Origin: Escherichia coli O127:H6 str. E2348/69
GTDB lineage: Bacteria; Pseudomonadota; Gammaproteobacteria; Enterobacterales; Enterobacteriaceae
Assembly: GCF_000026545.1 (NCBI RefSeq)
Contig: NC_011601.1
Direction: 5' to 3' (one strand)
DNA: 64,000 nucleotides
Shown: piece by piece, positions 24,548 to 36,247 of the stretch
How positions within the stretch are numbered: the stretch's first letter is position 1
Layout of the letters: every line of letters starts with the position of its first letter
The notes under the pieces: generated by a model
Seen by the model: the letters and a program-made list of their open reading frames with translations, nothing else
Told to the model about the DNA's origin: nothing
Databases searched by the model: none
Made by a program: the position numbers and the translations under genes

Positions 24548-25750
24548 ATGGCAATTAAATTAGAAATTAAAAATCTTTATAAAATATTTGGTGAGCATCC
24601 ACAGCGAGCTTTCAAATATATCGAACAAGGACTTTCAAAAGAACAAATTCTGGAAAAAACTGGGCTATCGCTTGGCGTAAAAGACGCCAGTCTGGCCATT
24701 GAAGAAGGCGAGATATTTGTCATCATGGGATTATCCGGTTCGGGTAAATCCACAATGGTACGCCTTCTCAATCGCCTGATTGAACCCACCCGCGGGCAAG
24801 TGCTGATTGATGGTGTGGATATTGCCAAAATATCCGACGCCGAACTCCGTGAGGTGCGCAGAAAAAAGATTGCGATGGTCTTCCAGTCCTTTGCCTTAAT
24901 GCCGCATATGACCGTGCTGGACAATACTGCGTTCGGTATGGAACTGGCCGGAATTAATGCCGAAGAACGCCGGGAAAAAGCCCTTGATGCACTGCGTCAG
25001 GTCGGGCTGGAAAATTATGCCCACAGCTACCCGGATGAACTCTCTGGCGGGATGCGTCAACGTGTGGGATTAGCCCGCGCGTTAGCGATTAATCCGGATA
25101 TATTATTAATGGACGAAGCCTTCTCGGCACTCGATCCATTAATTCGCACCGAGATGCAGGATGAGCTGGTAAAATTACAGGCGAAACATCAGCGCACCAT
25201 TGTCTTTATTTCCCACGATCTCGATGAAGCTATGCGTATTGGCGACCGAATTGCCATTATGCAAAATGGTGAAGTGGTGCAGGTTGGTACACCGGATGAA
25301 ATTCTTAATAATCCGGCGAATGATTATGTTCGTACCTTCTTCCGTGGCGTCGATATTAGCCAGGTGTTCAGTGCGAAAGATATTGCCCGTCGTACACCGA
25401 ACGGCTTAATTCGTAAAACCCCCGGCTTCGGCCCGCGTTCGGCACTGAAATTATTGCAGGATGAAGATCGTGAATATGGCTACGTCATCGAACGCGGTAA
25501 TAAGTATGTCGGCGCTGTGTCTATCGATTCGCTTAAAGCCGCATTAACGCAGCAGCAAGGTCTTGATGCGGCGCTGATTGATGCGCCGTTAGCGGTCGAT
25601 GCACAAACGCCTCTTAGCGAGTTGCTCTCTCATGTCGGACAGGCACCCTGTGCGGTGCCCGTGGTCGACGAGGACCAACAGTATGTCGGCATCATTTCGA
25701 AAGGAATGCTGCTGCGCGCTTTAGATCGTGAGGGGGTAAATAATGGCTGA
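24548..25750 (+). CDS. proV: Glycine betaine/proline ABC transporter ATPase (with CBS domains)
   Basis: Walker [13 protein letters not shown] signature LSGGMRQR; 400 aa. Confidence 0.96.
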   Translation: MAIKLEIKNLYKIFGEHPQRAFKYIEQGLSKEQILEKTGLSLGVKDASLAIEEGEIFVIMGLSGSGKSTMVRLLNRLIEPTRGQVLIDGVDIAKISDAELREVRRKKIAMVFQSFALMPHMTVLDNTAFGMELAGINAEERREKALDALRQVGLENYAHSYPDELSGGMRQRVGLARALAINPDILLMDEAFSALDPLIRTEMQDELVKLQAKHQRTIVFISHDLDEAMRIGDRIAIMQNGEVVQVGTPDEILNNPANDYVRTFFRGVDISQVFSAKDIARRTPNGLIRKTPGFGPRSALKLLQDEDREYGYVIERGNKYVGAVSIDSLKAALTQQQGLDAALIDAPLAVDAQTPLSELLSHVGQAPCAVPVVDEDQQYVGIISKGMLLRALDREGVNNG

Positions 25751-26807
25751 TCAAAATAATCCGTGGGATACCACGCCAGCGGCGGACAGTGCTGCACAAT
25801 CCGCAGACGCCTGGGGTACACCGGCTGCTGCACCGACTGACGGCGGTGGTGCTGACTGGCTGACCAGTACGCCTGCGCCAAACGTCGAGCATTTTAATAT
25901 TCTCGATCCGTTCCATAAAACACTGATCCCGCTCGACAGTTGGGTCACTGAAGGGATCGACTGGGTCGTTACCCATTTCCGTCCCGTCTTCCAGGGCGTG
26001 CGCGTTCCGGTTGATTATATCCTCAACGGTTTCCAGCAATTGCTGCTGGGTATGCCCGCGCCAGTGGCGATTATCGTTTTCGCTCTCATCGCCTGGCAGA
26101 TTTCCGGGGTCGGAATGGGCGTGGCGACGCTGGTTTCGCTGATTGCCATCGGCGCAATCGGTGCCTGGTCACAGGCAATGGTTACCCTGGCGCTGGTGTT
26201 AACAGCCCTGCTGTTCTGTATCGTCATAGGTTTGCCGTTGGGGATCTGGCTGGCGAGAAGTCCGCGAGCGGCGAAAATTATTCGTCCACTGCTTGATGCC
26301 ATGCAGACCACGCCCGCGTTTGTTTATCTGGTGCCAATCGTCATGCTGTTTGGTATCGGCAACGTGCCGGGCGTGGTGGTGACGATCATCTTTGCGCTGC
26401 CGCCGATTATCCGTCTGACGATTCTGGGAATTAACCAGGTTCCGGCGGATCTGATTGAAGCCTCGCGCTCATTCGGTGCCAGCCCGCGCCAGATGCTGTT
26501 CAAAGTTCAGTTACCGCTGGCGATGCCAACCATTATGGCGGGCGTTAACCAGACTCTGATGCTGGCCCTTTCTATGGTGGTCATCGCCTCGATGATTGCC
26601 GTCGGCGGGCTGGGGCAGATGGTACTTCGCGGTATCGGTCGTCTGGATATGGGGCTTGCCACCGTTGGCGGCGTCGGGATTGTGATCCTCGCCATTATCC
26701 TCGACCGCCTGACGCAGGCCGTTGGGCGCGACTCACGCAGTCGTGGCAACCGTCGCTGGTACACCACTGGCCCTGTCGGTCTGCTGACCCGCCCATTCAT
26801 TAAGTAA
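25743..26807 (+). CDS. proW: Glycine betaine/proline ABC transporter permease
   Basis: 354-aa polytopic permease overlapping proV stop. Confidence 0.95.
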   Translation: MADQNNPWDTTPAADSAAQSADAWGTPAAAPTDGGGADWLTSTPAPNVEHFNILDPFHKTLIPLDSWVTEGIDWVVTHFRPVFQGVRVPVDYILNGFQQLLLGMPAPVAIIVFALIAWQISGVGMGVATLVSLIAIGAIGAWSQAMVTLALVLTALLFCIVIGLPLGIWLARSPRAAKIIRPLLDAMQTTPAFVYLVPIVMLFGIGNVPGVVVTIIFALPPIIRLTILGINQVPADLIEASRSFGASPRQMLFKVQLPLAMPTIMAGVNQTLMLALSMVVIASMIAVGGLGQMVLRGIGRLDMGLATVGGVGIVILAIILDRLTQAVGRDSRSRGNRRWYTTGPVGLLTRPFIK

Positions 26808-26864
26808 CTCTGCACTTGCCCGGTGACGCCGGGCATTATCACCCTGCCAAAGAAAGGAATAACA

Positions 26865-27857
26865 ATGCGACATAGCGTACTTTTTGCGACAGCGTTTGCC
26901 ACGCTTATCTCTACACAAACTTTTGCTGCCGACCTGCCGGGCAAAGGCATTACTGTTAATCCGGTTCAGAGCACCATCACCGAAGAAACTTTCCAGACAC
27001 TGCTGGTCAGCCGCGCGCTGGAGAAATTAGGTTATACCGTCAATAAACCCAGCGAAGTGGATTACAACGTTGGCTACACCTCACTTGCTTCCGGCGATGC
27101 AACCTTCACCGCAGTGAACTGGACGCCACTGCATGACAACATGTACGAAGCTGCCGGTGGCGATAAGAAATTTTATCGTGAAGGAGTATTTGTTAACGGC
27201 GCGGCACAGGGTTACCTGATCGATAAGAAAACTGCCGACCAGTATAAAATTACCAACATCGCGCAACTTAAAGATCCGAAGATCGCCAAACTGTTCGATA
27301 CCAACGGCGACGGTAAAGCGGATTTAACCGGCTGTAACCCAGGCTGGGGCTGCGAAGGTGCGATCAACCACCAGCTTGCCGCGTATGGACTGACCAATAC
27401 CGTGACGCATAATCAGGGGAACTACGCAGCGATGATGGCTGACACCATCAGTCGTTACAAAGAGGGTAAGCCGGTGTTTTACTACACCTGGACGCCGTAC
27501 TGGGTGAGTAACGAACTGAAACCGGGGAAAGATGTGGTCTGGTTGCAGGTGCCGTTCTCCGCACTGCCGGGCGATAAAAATGCCGATACCAAACTGCCGA
27601 ATGGCGCGAATTACGGCTTCCCGGTCAGTACCATGCATATCGTTGCCAACAAAGCCTGGGCCGAGAAAAACCCGGCAGCAGCGAAACTGTTTGCCATTAT
27701 GCAGTTACCAGTGGCAGATATTAACGCCCAGAACGCCATTATGCATGACGGCAAAGCCTCAGAAGGCGATATTCAGAGCCACGTTGATGGCTGGATCAAA
27801 GCCCACCAGCAGCAGTTCGATGGCTGGGTGAATGAGGCGCTGGCAGCGCAGAAGTAA
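26865..27857 (+). CDS. proX: Glycine betaine/proline periplasmic binding protein
   Basis: Start [21 protein letters not shown] (signal peptide); the ORF-track start at 26823 is an upstream extension. Confidence 0.94.
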   Translation: MRHSVLFATAFATLISTQTFAADLPGKGITVNPVQSTITEETFQTLLVSRALEKLGYTVNKPSEVDYNVGYTSLASGDATFTAVNWTPLHDNMYEAAGGDKKFYREGVFVNGAAQGYLIDKKTADQYKITNIAQLKDPKIAKLFDTNGDGKADLTGCNPGWGCEGAINHQLAAYGLTNTVTHNQGNYAAMMADTISRYKEGKPVFYYTWTPYWVSNELKPGKDVVWLQVPFSALPGDKNADTKLPNGANYGFPVSTMHIVANKAWAEKNPAAAKLFAIMQLPVADINAQNAIMHDGKASEGDIQSHVDGWIKAHQQQFDGWVNEALAAQK

Positions 27858-28305
27858 ATATTGATAACCGCGCAGATAATGCTCATGTGAGTAAAACAAT
27901 TGCAGCGATGGTTTTAATCCGGCTGAAAATCGATGAGACGTTTTCTGAAGGCCGGGGCGACGCGCAGGGATGCGCGGCGAGGGCGCGTCTTACAGGGATG
28001 TTACCTCGCGCCCGTACCCGATAGCCGTAAGAAATAAGTCGAATGTACCGCGTAGCGGCGATTTTGTGCCAAAAGCCTGGGTCGCCAGGGTGGTGGCGAC
28101 TGAGCCACCCTGGCACGTTCACCAGCAAAATAGTGACAAGCTATAGTCTGGAAGTGAACGTAACATTTGCCTTAGTGGCATATTTCACCTTCAAATACCC
28201 TCTCCCCATTACCCGCACATTTCAACAATCTATCTTTCATCCCATATTCATCAACATCCGCTATTATTGATTTCCAGCTTAATCATCACCTGATGAACAA
28301 AAATA

Positions 28306-29490
28306 ATGACTAAACCTAATCATGAGATTAGCCCGGCGCTGATCGTGCTGATGTCTATCGCCACCGGTCTGGCGGTAGCCAGTAACTATTACGCCCAGCC
28401 ATTGCTCGACACCATCGCGCGTAACTTTTCCCTTTCCGCCAGTTCGGCAGGCTTTATTGTTACCGCCGCGCAGTTGGGCTATGCCGCAGGTCTGCTGTTT
28501 CTTGTTCCCCTCGGTGATATGTTTGAACGCCGCCGCCTGATTGTCTCGATGACCTTACTGGCAGCAGGCGGCATGTTAATCACTGCCAGCAGTCAGTCGC
28601 TGGCGATGATGCTCCTCGGTACGGCATTAACCGGTTTATTCTCAGTCGTGGCACAAATTCTGGTTCCGCTGGCAGTGACGCTGGCTTCACCGGACAAACG
28701 CGGCAAAGTGGTCGGCACCATTATGAGCGGGCTGCTGTTGGGGATCTTGCTGGCACGGACCGTTGCCGGATTGCTGGCGAGTCTCGGTGGCTGGCGAACT
28801 GTCTTTTGGGTCGCTTCGGTATTAATGGCACTGATGGCGCTGGCGTTATGGCGTGGTCTGCCACAAATGAAATCAGAAACCCACCTCAACTACCCACAGT
28901 TGCTAGGTTCTGTTTTCAGCATGTTTATCAGCGATAAAATCCTGCGCACCCGCGCGTTGCTGGGCTGCCTGACCTTTGCCAACTTCAGCATTCTCTGGAC
29001 CTCAATGGCCTTTTTGCTTGCCGCTCCACCTTTTAACTACAGCGATGGTGTAATTGGTCTGTTTGGGCTTGCGGGAGCTGCCGGAGCGTTGGGCGCTCGT
29101 CCGGCGGGCGGTTTTGCCGATAAGGGCAAATCGCACCACACCACAACTTTCGGTCTGCTGCTGCTGTTACTTTCATGGCTGGCAATCTGGTTTGGTCACA
29201 CTTCCGTACTGGCGCTGATTATCGGCATCCTGGTGCTGGACCTCACCGTGCAGGGCGTGCATATCACTAACCAGACGGTAATTTATCGAATACACCCTGA
29301 TGCGCGTAATCGCCTGACCGCAGGTTACATGACCAGCTACTTTATTGGCGGTGCCGCTGGTTCGCTAATTTCAGCCTCAGCCTGGCAACATGGCAGTTGG
29401 GCTGGCGTGTGTCTGGCTGGCGCGACGATTGCCCTGGTTAACTTACTGGTCTGGTGGCGAGGTTTTCATCGTCAGGAAGCCGCAAATTAA
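28306..29490 (+). CDS. ygaY: MFS transporter (YgaY), intact 394-aa ORF
   Basis: Uninterrupted 12-TM-like MFS protein at the position where, as I recall, K-12 carries a disrupted ygaY. Confidence 0.8.
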   Translation: MTKPNHEISPALIVLMSIATGLAVASNYYAQPLLDTIARNFSLSASSAGFIVTAAQLGYAAGLLFLVPLGDMFERRRLIVSMTLLAAGGMLITASSQSLAMMLLGTALTGLFSVVAQILVPLAVTLASPDKRGKVVGTIMSGLLLGILLARTVAGLLASLGGWRTVFWVASVLMALMALALWRGLPQMKSETHLNYPQLLGSVFSMFISDKILRTRALLGCLTFANFSILWTSMAFLLAAPPFNYSDGVIGLFGLAGAAGALGARPAGGFADKGKSHHTTTFGLLLLLLSWLAIWFGHTSVLALIIGILVLDLTVQGVHITNQTVIYRIHPDARNRLTAGYMTSYFIGGAAGSLISASAWQHGSWAGVCLAGATIALVNLLVWWRGFHRQEAAN

Positions 29491-29613
29491 GCAATCAGCA
29501 ACCGTTTTCGTGGCTTTACACTTATAAGGGTGTTAAGAAGCCCATCAGTCTGATAAGGTTAAGATATTCATTCAGTCTATTTATAATATTAACAATCGTT
29601 AAGCGTACACTCT

Positions 29614-30351
29614 ATGGAAAGCCCTACTCCACAGCCTGCTCCTGGTTCGGCGACCTTCATGGAAGGATGCAAAGACAGTTTACCGATTGTTATTAGTTAT
29701 ATTCCGGTGGCCTTTGCGTTCGGTCTGAATGCGACCCGTCTGGGATTCTCTCCTCTCGAAAGCGTTTTTTTCTCCTGCATCATTTATGCAGGCGCGAGCC
29801 AGTTCGTCATTACCGCGATGCTGGCAGCCGGGAGTAGTTTGTGGGTTGCTGCACTGACCGTCATGGCAATGGATGTTCGCCATGTTTTGTATGGCCCGTC
29901 ACTGCGTAGCCGTATTATTCAGCGTCTGCAAAAATCGAAAACCGCCCTGTGGGCGTTTGGCCTGACGGATGAGGTTTTTGCCGCCGCAACCGCAAAACTG
30001 GTACGCAATAATCGCCGCTGGAGCGAAAACTGGATGATCGGCATTGCCTTCAGTTCATGGTCATCGTGGGTATTTGGTACGGTAATAGGGGCATTCTCCG
30101 GCAGCGGCTTGCTGCAAGGTTATCCCGCCGTTGAAGCAGCATTAGGTTTTATGCTTCCGGCACTCTTTATGAGTTTCCTGCTCGCCTCTTTCCAGCGCAA
30201 ACAATCTCTTTGCGTTACCGCAGCGTTAGTTGGTGCCCTTGCAGGCGTAACGCTATTTTCTATTCCCGTCGCCATTCTGGCAGGCATTGTCTGTGGCTGC
30301 CTCACTGCGTTAATCCAGGCATTCTGGCAAGGAGCGCCCGATGAGCTATGA
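29614..30351 (+). CDS. ygaZ: AzlC-family branched-chain amino acid (L-valine) exporter subunit
   Basis: 245-aa membrane protein, conserved ygaZ-ygaH pair. Confidence 0.9.
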   Translation: MESPTPQPAPGSATFMEGCKDSLPIVISYIPVAFAFGLNATRLGFSPLESVFFSCIIYAGASQFVITAMLAAGSSLWVAALTVMAMDVRHVLYGPSLRSRIIQRLQKSKTALWAFGLTDEVFAAATAKLVRNNRRWSENWMIGIAFSSWSSWVFGTVIGAFSGSGLLQGYPAVEAALGFMLPALFMSFLLASFQRKQSLCVTAALVGALAGVTLFSIPVAILAGIVCGCLTALIQAFWQGAPDEL

Positions 30352-30676
30352 GGTTCTGCTGCTTGGGTTACTGGTTGGCGCGGCGAATTATTGCTTCCGC
30401 TATCTGCCGCTGCGCCTGCGTGTGGGTAATGCCCGCCCAACCAAACGTGGCGCGGTAGGTATTTTGCTCGACACCATTGGCATCGCCTCGATATGCGCTC
30501 TGCTGGTTGTCTCTACCGCACCAGAAGTGATGCACGATACACGCCGTTTCGTGCCCACACTGGTCGGCTTCGCGGTACTGGGTGCCAGTTTCTATAAAAC
30601 ACGCAGCATTATCATCCCAACACTGCTTAGTGCGCTGGCCTATGGGCTCGCCTGGAAAGTGATGGCGATTATATAA
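30341..30676 (+). CDS. ygaH: AzlD-family exporter subunit
   Basis: 111-aa membrane protein overlapping the ygaZ stop. Confidence 0.9.
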   Translation: MSYEVLLLGLLVGAANYCFRYLPLRLRVGNARPTKRGAVGILLDTIGIASICALLVVSTAPEVMHDTRRFVPTLVGFAVLGASFYKTRSIIIPTLLSALAYGLAWKVMAII

Positions 30677-30766
30677 CCCACAAGAATCATTTTTCTAAAA
30701 CAATACATTTACTTTATTTGTCACTGTCGTTACTATATCGACTGAAATTAATGAGGTCATACCCAA

Positions 30767-31297
30767 ATGGATAGTTCGTTTACGCCCATTGAACAAATGC
30801 TAAAATTTCGCGCCAGCCGCCACGAAGATTTTCCTTATCAGGAGATCCTTCTGACCCGTCTTTGCATGCATATGCAAAGCAAGCTGCTGGAAAACCGCAA
30901 TAAAATGCTGAAGGCTCAGGGGATTAACGAGACGTTGTTTATGGCGTTGATTACGCTGGAGTCTCAGGAAAACCACAGTATTCAGCCTTCTGAATTGAGT
31001 TGTGCTCTTGGATCATCCCGTACCAACGCGACGCGTATTGCCGATGAACTGGAAAAACGCGGTTGGATCGAACGTCGTGAAAGCGATAACGATCGCCGCT
31101 GCCTGCATCTGCAATTAACGGAAAAAGGTCACGAGTTTTTGCGCGAGGTTTTACCGCCGCAGCATAACTGCCTGCATCAACTCTGGTCCGCGCTCAGCAC
31201 AACAGAAAAAGACCAGCTCGAGCAAATCACCCGCAAATTGCTCTCCCGTCTCGACCAGATGGAACAGGACGGTGTGGTTCTCGAAGCGATGAGCTAA
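30767..31297 (+). CDS. mprA: MarR-family repressor MprA (EmrR)
   Basis: 176-aa translation matches recalled MprA. Confidence 0.95.
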
Positions 31298-31423
31298 CGC
31301 GTCATCTCGCTCAAAAATCCAGATTTATAAAAGAAAAAATAACCGGCCAGCATCGTAACATGCTGGCCTTTTTGGCAAGCAGGTCGGCTCAGCCGATGAG
31401 TTAAGAAGATCGTGGAGAACAAT

Positions 31424-32596
31424 ATGAGCGCAAATGCGGAGACTCAAACCCCGCAGCAACCGGTAAAGAAGAGCGGCAAACGTAAGCGTCTGCTCCTCCT
31501 TCTCACCTTGCTCTTTATAATTATTGCCGTAGCGATAGGGATTTATTGGTTTTTGGTACTGCGTCATTTCGAAGAAACCGATGACGCATACGTGGCAGGG
31601 AATCAGATTCAAATTATGTCTCAGGTGTCTGGCAGCGTGACGAAAGTCTGGGCCGATAACACCGATTTTGTAAAAGAAGGCGACGTGCTGGTCACTCTCG
31701 ACCCGACAGATGCTCGCCAGGCATTTGAAAAAGCCAAAACTGCACTGGCTTCCAGCGTTCGCCAAACCCACCAGCTGATGATTAACAGCAAACAGTTGCA
31801 GGCGAATATTGAGGTGCAAAAAATCGCCCTCGCGAAAGCACAAAGCGACTACAACCGCCGTGTGCCGCTGGGCAATGCCAACCTGATTGGTCGCGAAGAG
31901 CTGCAACACGCCCGCGACGCCGTCACCAGTGCCCAGGCGCAACTGGACGTCGCTATTCAACAATACAATGCCAATCAGGCGATGATTCTGGGGACGAAAC
32001 TGGAAGATCAGCCTGCCGTGCAACAGGCTGCCACCGAAGTACGTAACGCCTGGCTGGCGCTGGAGCGTACCCGTATTGTCAGTCCGATGACCGGTTATGT
32101 CTCCCGCCGCGCGGTACAGCCTGGGGCGCAAATTAGCCCAACGACGCCGCTGATGGCGGTCGTTCCAGCCACCAATATGTGGGTGGATGCCAACTTTAAA
32201 GAGACGCAGATTGCCAATATGCGTATCGGTCAGCCGGTCACCATCACCACCGATATTTACGGCGATGATGTGAAATACACCGGTAAAGTGGTTGGTCTGG
32301 ATATGGGCACAGGTAGCGCGTTCTCACTGCTTCCGGCGCAAAACGCCACCGGTAACTGGATCAAAGTCGTTCAGCGTCTGCCTGTGCGTATTGAACTGGA
32401 CCAGAAACAGCTGGAGCAATACCCGCTGCGTATCGGTTTATCCACGCTGGTGAGTGTCAATACCACTAACCGTGACGGTCAGGTACTGGCAAATAAAGTA
32501 CGTTCCACACCGGTCGCGGTAAGCACCGCGCGTGAAATCAGCCTGGCACCTGTCAATAAACTGATCGACGATATCGTAAAAGCTAACGCTGGCTAA
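31424..32596 (+). CDS. emrA: Multidrug efflux membrane fusion protein EmrA
   Basis: Start MSANAETQTPQQPVKKSGKRKR...; HlyD-family. Confidence 0.95.
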   Translation: MSANAETQTPQQPVKKSGKRKRLLLLLTLLFIIIAVAIGIYWFLVLRHFEETDDAYVAGNQIQIMSQVSGSVTKVWADNTDFVKEGDVLVTLDPTDARQAFEKAKTALASSVRQTHQLMINSKQLQANIEVQKIALAKAQSDYNRRVPLGNANLIGREELQHARDAVTSAQAQLDVAIQQYNANQAMILGTKLEDQPAVQQAATEVRNAWLALERTRIVSPMTGYVSRRAVQPGAQISPTTPLMAVVPATNMWVDANFKETQIANMRIGQPVTITTDIYGDDVKYTGKVVGLDMGTGSAFSLLPAQNATGNWIKVVQRLPVRIELDQKQLEQYPLRIGLSTLVSVNTTNRDGQVLANKVRSTPVAVSTAREISLAPVNKLIDDIVKANAG

Positions 32597-32612
32597 TCCA
32601 GAGGTGCGTGTG

Positions 32613-34151
32613 ATGCAACAGCAAAAACCGCTGGAAGGCGCACAACTGGTCATTATGACGATTGCGCTGTCACTGGCGACATTCATGCAGGTGCTGGACT
32701 CCACCATTGCTAACGTGGCGATCCCCACTATCGCCGGGAATCTGGGCTCATCACTCAGTCAGGGAACGTGGGTGATCACTTCTTTCGGGGTGGCGAATGC
32801 CATCTCGATCCCGCTTACCGGCTGGCTGGCAAAGCGCGTCGGGGAAGTGAAATTGTTCCTCTGGTCAACCATCGCCTTTGCTATTGCGTCGTGGGCGTGT
32901 GGTGTCTCCAGCAGCCTGAATATGCTGATCTTCTTCCGCGTGATTCAGGGGATTGTCGCCGGGCCGCTGATCCCGCTTTCGCAAAGTCTATTGCTGAATA
33001 ACTACCCGCCAGCCAAACGCTCGATCGCGCTGGCGTTGTGGTCGATGACGGTGATTGTTGCGCCAATTTGCGGCCCGATCCTCGGCGGTTATATCAGTGA
33101 TAATTACCACTGGGGCTGGATATTCTTCATCAACGTGCCGATTGGCGTGGCGGTGGTGTTGATGACACTGCAAACTCTGCGCGGACGTGAAACCCGCACC
33201 GAACGGCGGCGGATTGATGCCGTGGGGCTGGCACTGCTGGTTATTGGTATCGGCAGCCTGCAGATTATGCTCGACCGCGGTAAAGAGCTGGACTGGTTCT
33301 CATCACAGGAAATTATCATCCTCACCGTGGTGGCGGTGGTGGCTATCTGCTTCCTGATTGTCTGGGAGCTGACCGACGATAACCCGATAGTCGATCTGTC
33401 GTTGTTTAAGTCGCGCAACTTCACCATCGGCTGCTTGTGTATCAGCCTCGCGTATATGCTCTACTTCGGCGCGATTGTTCTGCTGCCGCAGTTGTTGCAG
33501 GAGGTCTACGGTTACACGGCGACGTGGGCAGGGCTGGCCTCTGCGCCGGTAGGGATTATTCCGGTGATCCTGTCGCCGATTATCGGCCGCTTTGCGCATA
33601 AACTGGATATGCGCCGACTGGTAACCTTCAGCTTTATTATGTATGCCGTCTGCTTCTACTGGCGTGCCTATACCTTTGAACCGGGTATGGATTTTGGCGC
33701 GTCGGCCTGGCCACAGTTTATCCAGGGTTTTGCGGTGGCCTGCTTCTTTATGCCGCTGACCACCATTACGCTGTCCGGTTTGCCACCGGAACGACTGGCG
33801 GCGGCATCAAGCCTCTCCAACTTTACGCGAACGCTGGCGGGGTCTATCGGCACGTCGATAACCACGACCATGTGGACCAACCGCGAGTCACTGCACCATG
33901 CACAGTTGACTGAGTCGGTAAACCCGTTCAACCCGAATGCTCAGGCGATGTACAGTCAACTGGAAGGGCTTGGTATGACGCAACAGCAGGCATCAGGCTG
34001 GATTGCCCAGCAGATAACCAATCAGGGGCTGATTATTTCCGCCAATGAGATCTTCTGGATGTCAGCCGGGATATTCCTCGTCCTGCTGGGGCTGGTGTGG
34101 TTTGCTAAACCGCCATTTGGCGCAGGTGGCGGCGGGGGTGGTGCGCACTAA
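32613..34151 (+). CDS. emrB: Multidrug efflux MFS transporter EmrB
   Basis: Start MQQQKPLEGAQLVIMTIALSLATFMQVLD; 14-TM MFS. Confidence 0.95.
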   Translation: MQQQKPLEGAQLVIMTIALSLATFMQVLDSTIANVAIPTIAGNLGSSLSQGTWVITSFGVANAISIPLTGWLAKRVGEVKLFLWSTIAFAIASWACGVSSSLNMLIFFRVIQGIVAGPLIPLSQSLLLNNYPPAKRSIALALWSMTVIVAPICGPILGGYISDNYHWGWIFFINVPIGVAVVLMTLQTLRGRETRTERRRIDAVGLALLVIGIGSLQIMLDRGKELDWFSSQEIIILTVVAVVAICFLIVWELTDDNPIVDLSLFKSRNFTIGCLCISLAYMLYFGAIVLLPQLLQEVYGYTATWAGLASAPVGIIPVILSPIIGRFAHKLDMRRLVTFSFIMYAVCFYWRAYTFEPGMDFGASAWPQFIQGFAVACFFMPLTTITLSGLPPERLAAASSLSNFTRTLAGSIGTSITTTMWTNRESLHHAQLTESVNPFNPNAQAMYSQLEGLGMTQQQASGWIAQQITNQGLIISANEIFWMSAGIFLVLLGLVWFAKPPFGAGGGGGGAH

Positions 34152-34159
34152 GGTTGCCA

Positions 34160-34186
34160 AAGGGAGCTGCGGCTCCCTTTTTATTT
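34160..34186 (+). terminator. Intrinsic terminator of emrAB
   Basis: gggagctgcggctccc hairpin followed by tttttattt. Confidence 0.65.
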
Positions 34187-34408
34187 GCTCATTCTGCAAA
34201 CGGTTGTTTTATACACTCATTCGGTGTATCTTTTCGCCGCCCCAAACTCTTCCATTCACCATTAGCCGGTTCTGAGCATTCGCTCAGGTTGTTAATTCTC
34301 TTTTTCCTTCGCCCTTGCTTTCGCGGGTGATACTCACATTTTTATTTTAACCCCATAACTCGCACCCTCGCGGGCGTACATTTATTACACACAAAATAAT
34401 GGATTATT

Positions 34409-35116
34409 ATGAATACCCAACGAAAATACGGGAGAACCTGGCATTACCCCTTCTCTCCAGGCACCACCAGCGATGACCGCATTAACACCGATTACTGGCA
34501 GGATTTAAAGGCCATCACGCAATTGGTGCACACAGAAAAACTCGATGGCGAAAATAACTGCCTTAACCGCTACGGCGTGTTTGCCCGCTCCCATGCCACG
34601 CCTACGCAGTCGGCATGGACCTATAAAATTCGCCAACGCTGGCAACTGCTGAAAAACGATCTCGGCGACCTGGAGTTGTTTGGTGAAAATCTCTACGCCG
34701 TTCATTCCATTGAATACCGCGCGCTGGAACAGGACTTTTACCTGTTTGCCGTTCGCTGCCAGGATATGTGGCTGAGCTGGGAAGAGGTGCAGTTTTACGC
34801 CGCTCTGTTTGATTTCCCCTGCGTTCCCGAAATCTCCGGCCCGCAGCCGGGGAATGATGAAAAAAGCTGGCAACGTGATTTTCTGGCGCTGGCCAATGCG
34901 CGCGGCACATTCGATCCCTGGGATACGCAAACCTGGCAACCCTGTACGCTGGAAGGCATTGTCAGCCGAAATCATGATGCGTTTTCTGTCGCTGACTTTT
35001 CGCATAACGTCTTCAAGTATGTGCGCAAAAATCATGTCAAAACCACTGTGCACTGGAAACGCCACTGGCAACGGGCGCGGATGGCCCATGAGTTCGTTTA
35101 TGGAGAACAGTCATGA
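34409..35116 (+). CDS. RNA-ligase-like nucleotidyltransferase (Rnl2/DraRnl-like), 235 aa
   Basis: Covalent nucleotidyltransferase motif I KxDG(x)N ([10 protein letters not shown]), candidate motif III (LELFGENLY), motif IV (LEGIVSR) and motif V lysines (FKYVRKNH) in the canonical order; 4-bp ATGA overlap with the next gene. Confidence 0.6.
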   Translation: MNTQRKYGRTWHYPFSPGTTSDDRINTDYWQDLKAITQLVHTEKLDGENNCLNRYGVFARSHATPTQSAWTYKIRQRWQLLKNDLGDLELFGENLYAVHSIEYRALEQDFYLFAVRCQDMWLSWEEVQFYAALFDFPCVPEISGPQPGNDEKSWQRDFLALANARGTFDPWDTQTWQPCTLEGIVSRNHDAFSVADFSHNVFKYVRKNHVKTTVHWKRHWQRARMAHEFVYGEQS

Positions 35117-36225
35117 TTTGGCAACTTACCGACGATAAACGCTGGTCGGCGCTACGTCAGCGTTTTAGCTGGGTTGAGGAGATGCATCACACGCCACAAG
35201 ACCCTGAGCATCATGGTGAAGGCGACGTCGGCGTACATACCGAAATGGTGCTTAACGCCCTCATTACTCTGCCAGAATTCCAGCAACTCCCCGCTCAACA
35301 GCAGGAAGTTTTATGGGCGGCGGTGTTATTGCATGATGTTGAAAAGCGCAGCACTACCGTGCAGGAAAACGGACGTATTCAGTCTCCTGGTCATGCTCGT
35401 CGGGGCGAACTGACGGCCCGACAAATTTTATGGCGCGATATCCCAACGCCGTTCGTGCTGCGCGAGCAAATTGTTGCACTGGTGCGTCTGCATGGGTTAC
35501 CGCTATGGTTACTGGAACGCCCGGAACCGGAGCGTTTGTTGCTCACGGCTGCAATGCGCATCGACACGCGTCTGCTCGCTTTGCTTGCTCGTGCCGATCT
35601 GCTTGGTCGCCAAAGCCCGGATCAGCAATCAATGCTGGAACGCATCGATCTGTTCGAGCTGTTTTGCCATGAGCAACAATGCTGGGGAAAAATGCGCCCG
35701 TTCGTTTCTGATTCCGCACGCTGGCATTACCTGACCCATGAGCAAAGTTCTCCTGATTTTGTTCCCTGGGGGGCTGAACCTTTTGAGGTTATTTTGCTGT
35801 GTGGCTTACCGGGTATGGGCAAAGATCGCTATATCAGTGAACAGTGCCAGGGAATTGACGTTATCAGCCTTGATGATATGCGGCGGCGAATCAATGCCAG
35901 CCCGGATGACAAAACCGCTACCGGGCGTATTGTGCAACAGGCAAAAGAAGAGGCGCGCGTTTTTTTACGCCAGAAAAAGCCGTTCATCTGGAATGCAACG
36001 AACATTACCCGCCAGCTGCGTAGCCAGCTCATCAGTCTGTTTACGGCTTACGGCGCACGAGTAAAAATCGTTTATCTGGAAGTGCCATGGGCGCAATGGA
36101 AGCAGCAAAATGCCAGACGCGAGTATGCAGTTCCTGAAGCGGTCGTGATGCGGATGGCCTCAAGGCTGGAAGTTCCTCAACCTGATGAAGCACATAGCGT
36201 GGAGTATCGGGTGATTGAAAGGTAA
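35113..36225 (+). CDS. HD-domain phosphohydrolase fused to a P-loop (polynucleotide-kinase-like) domain, 370 aa
   Basis: N-terminal HD motifs ([14 protein letters not shown] ... AVLLHDVEK) resembling the HD domain of CCA-adding enzymes; C-terminal Walker A-like GLPGMGKD and Walker B-like VISLDD. Confidence 0.6.
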
Positions 36226-36247
36226 ATAAATATCCTCCGGCATAGCC

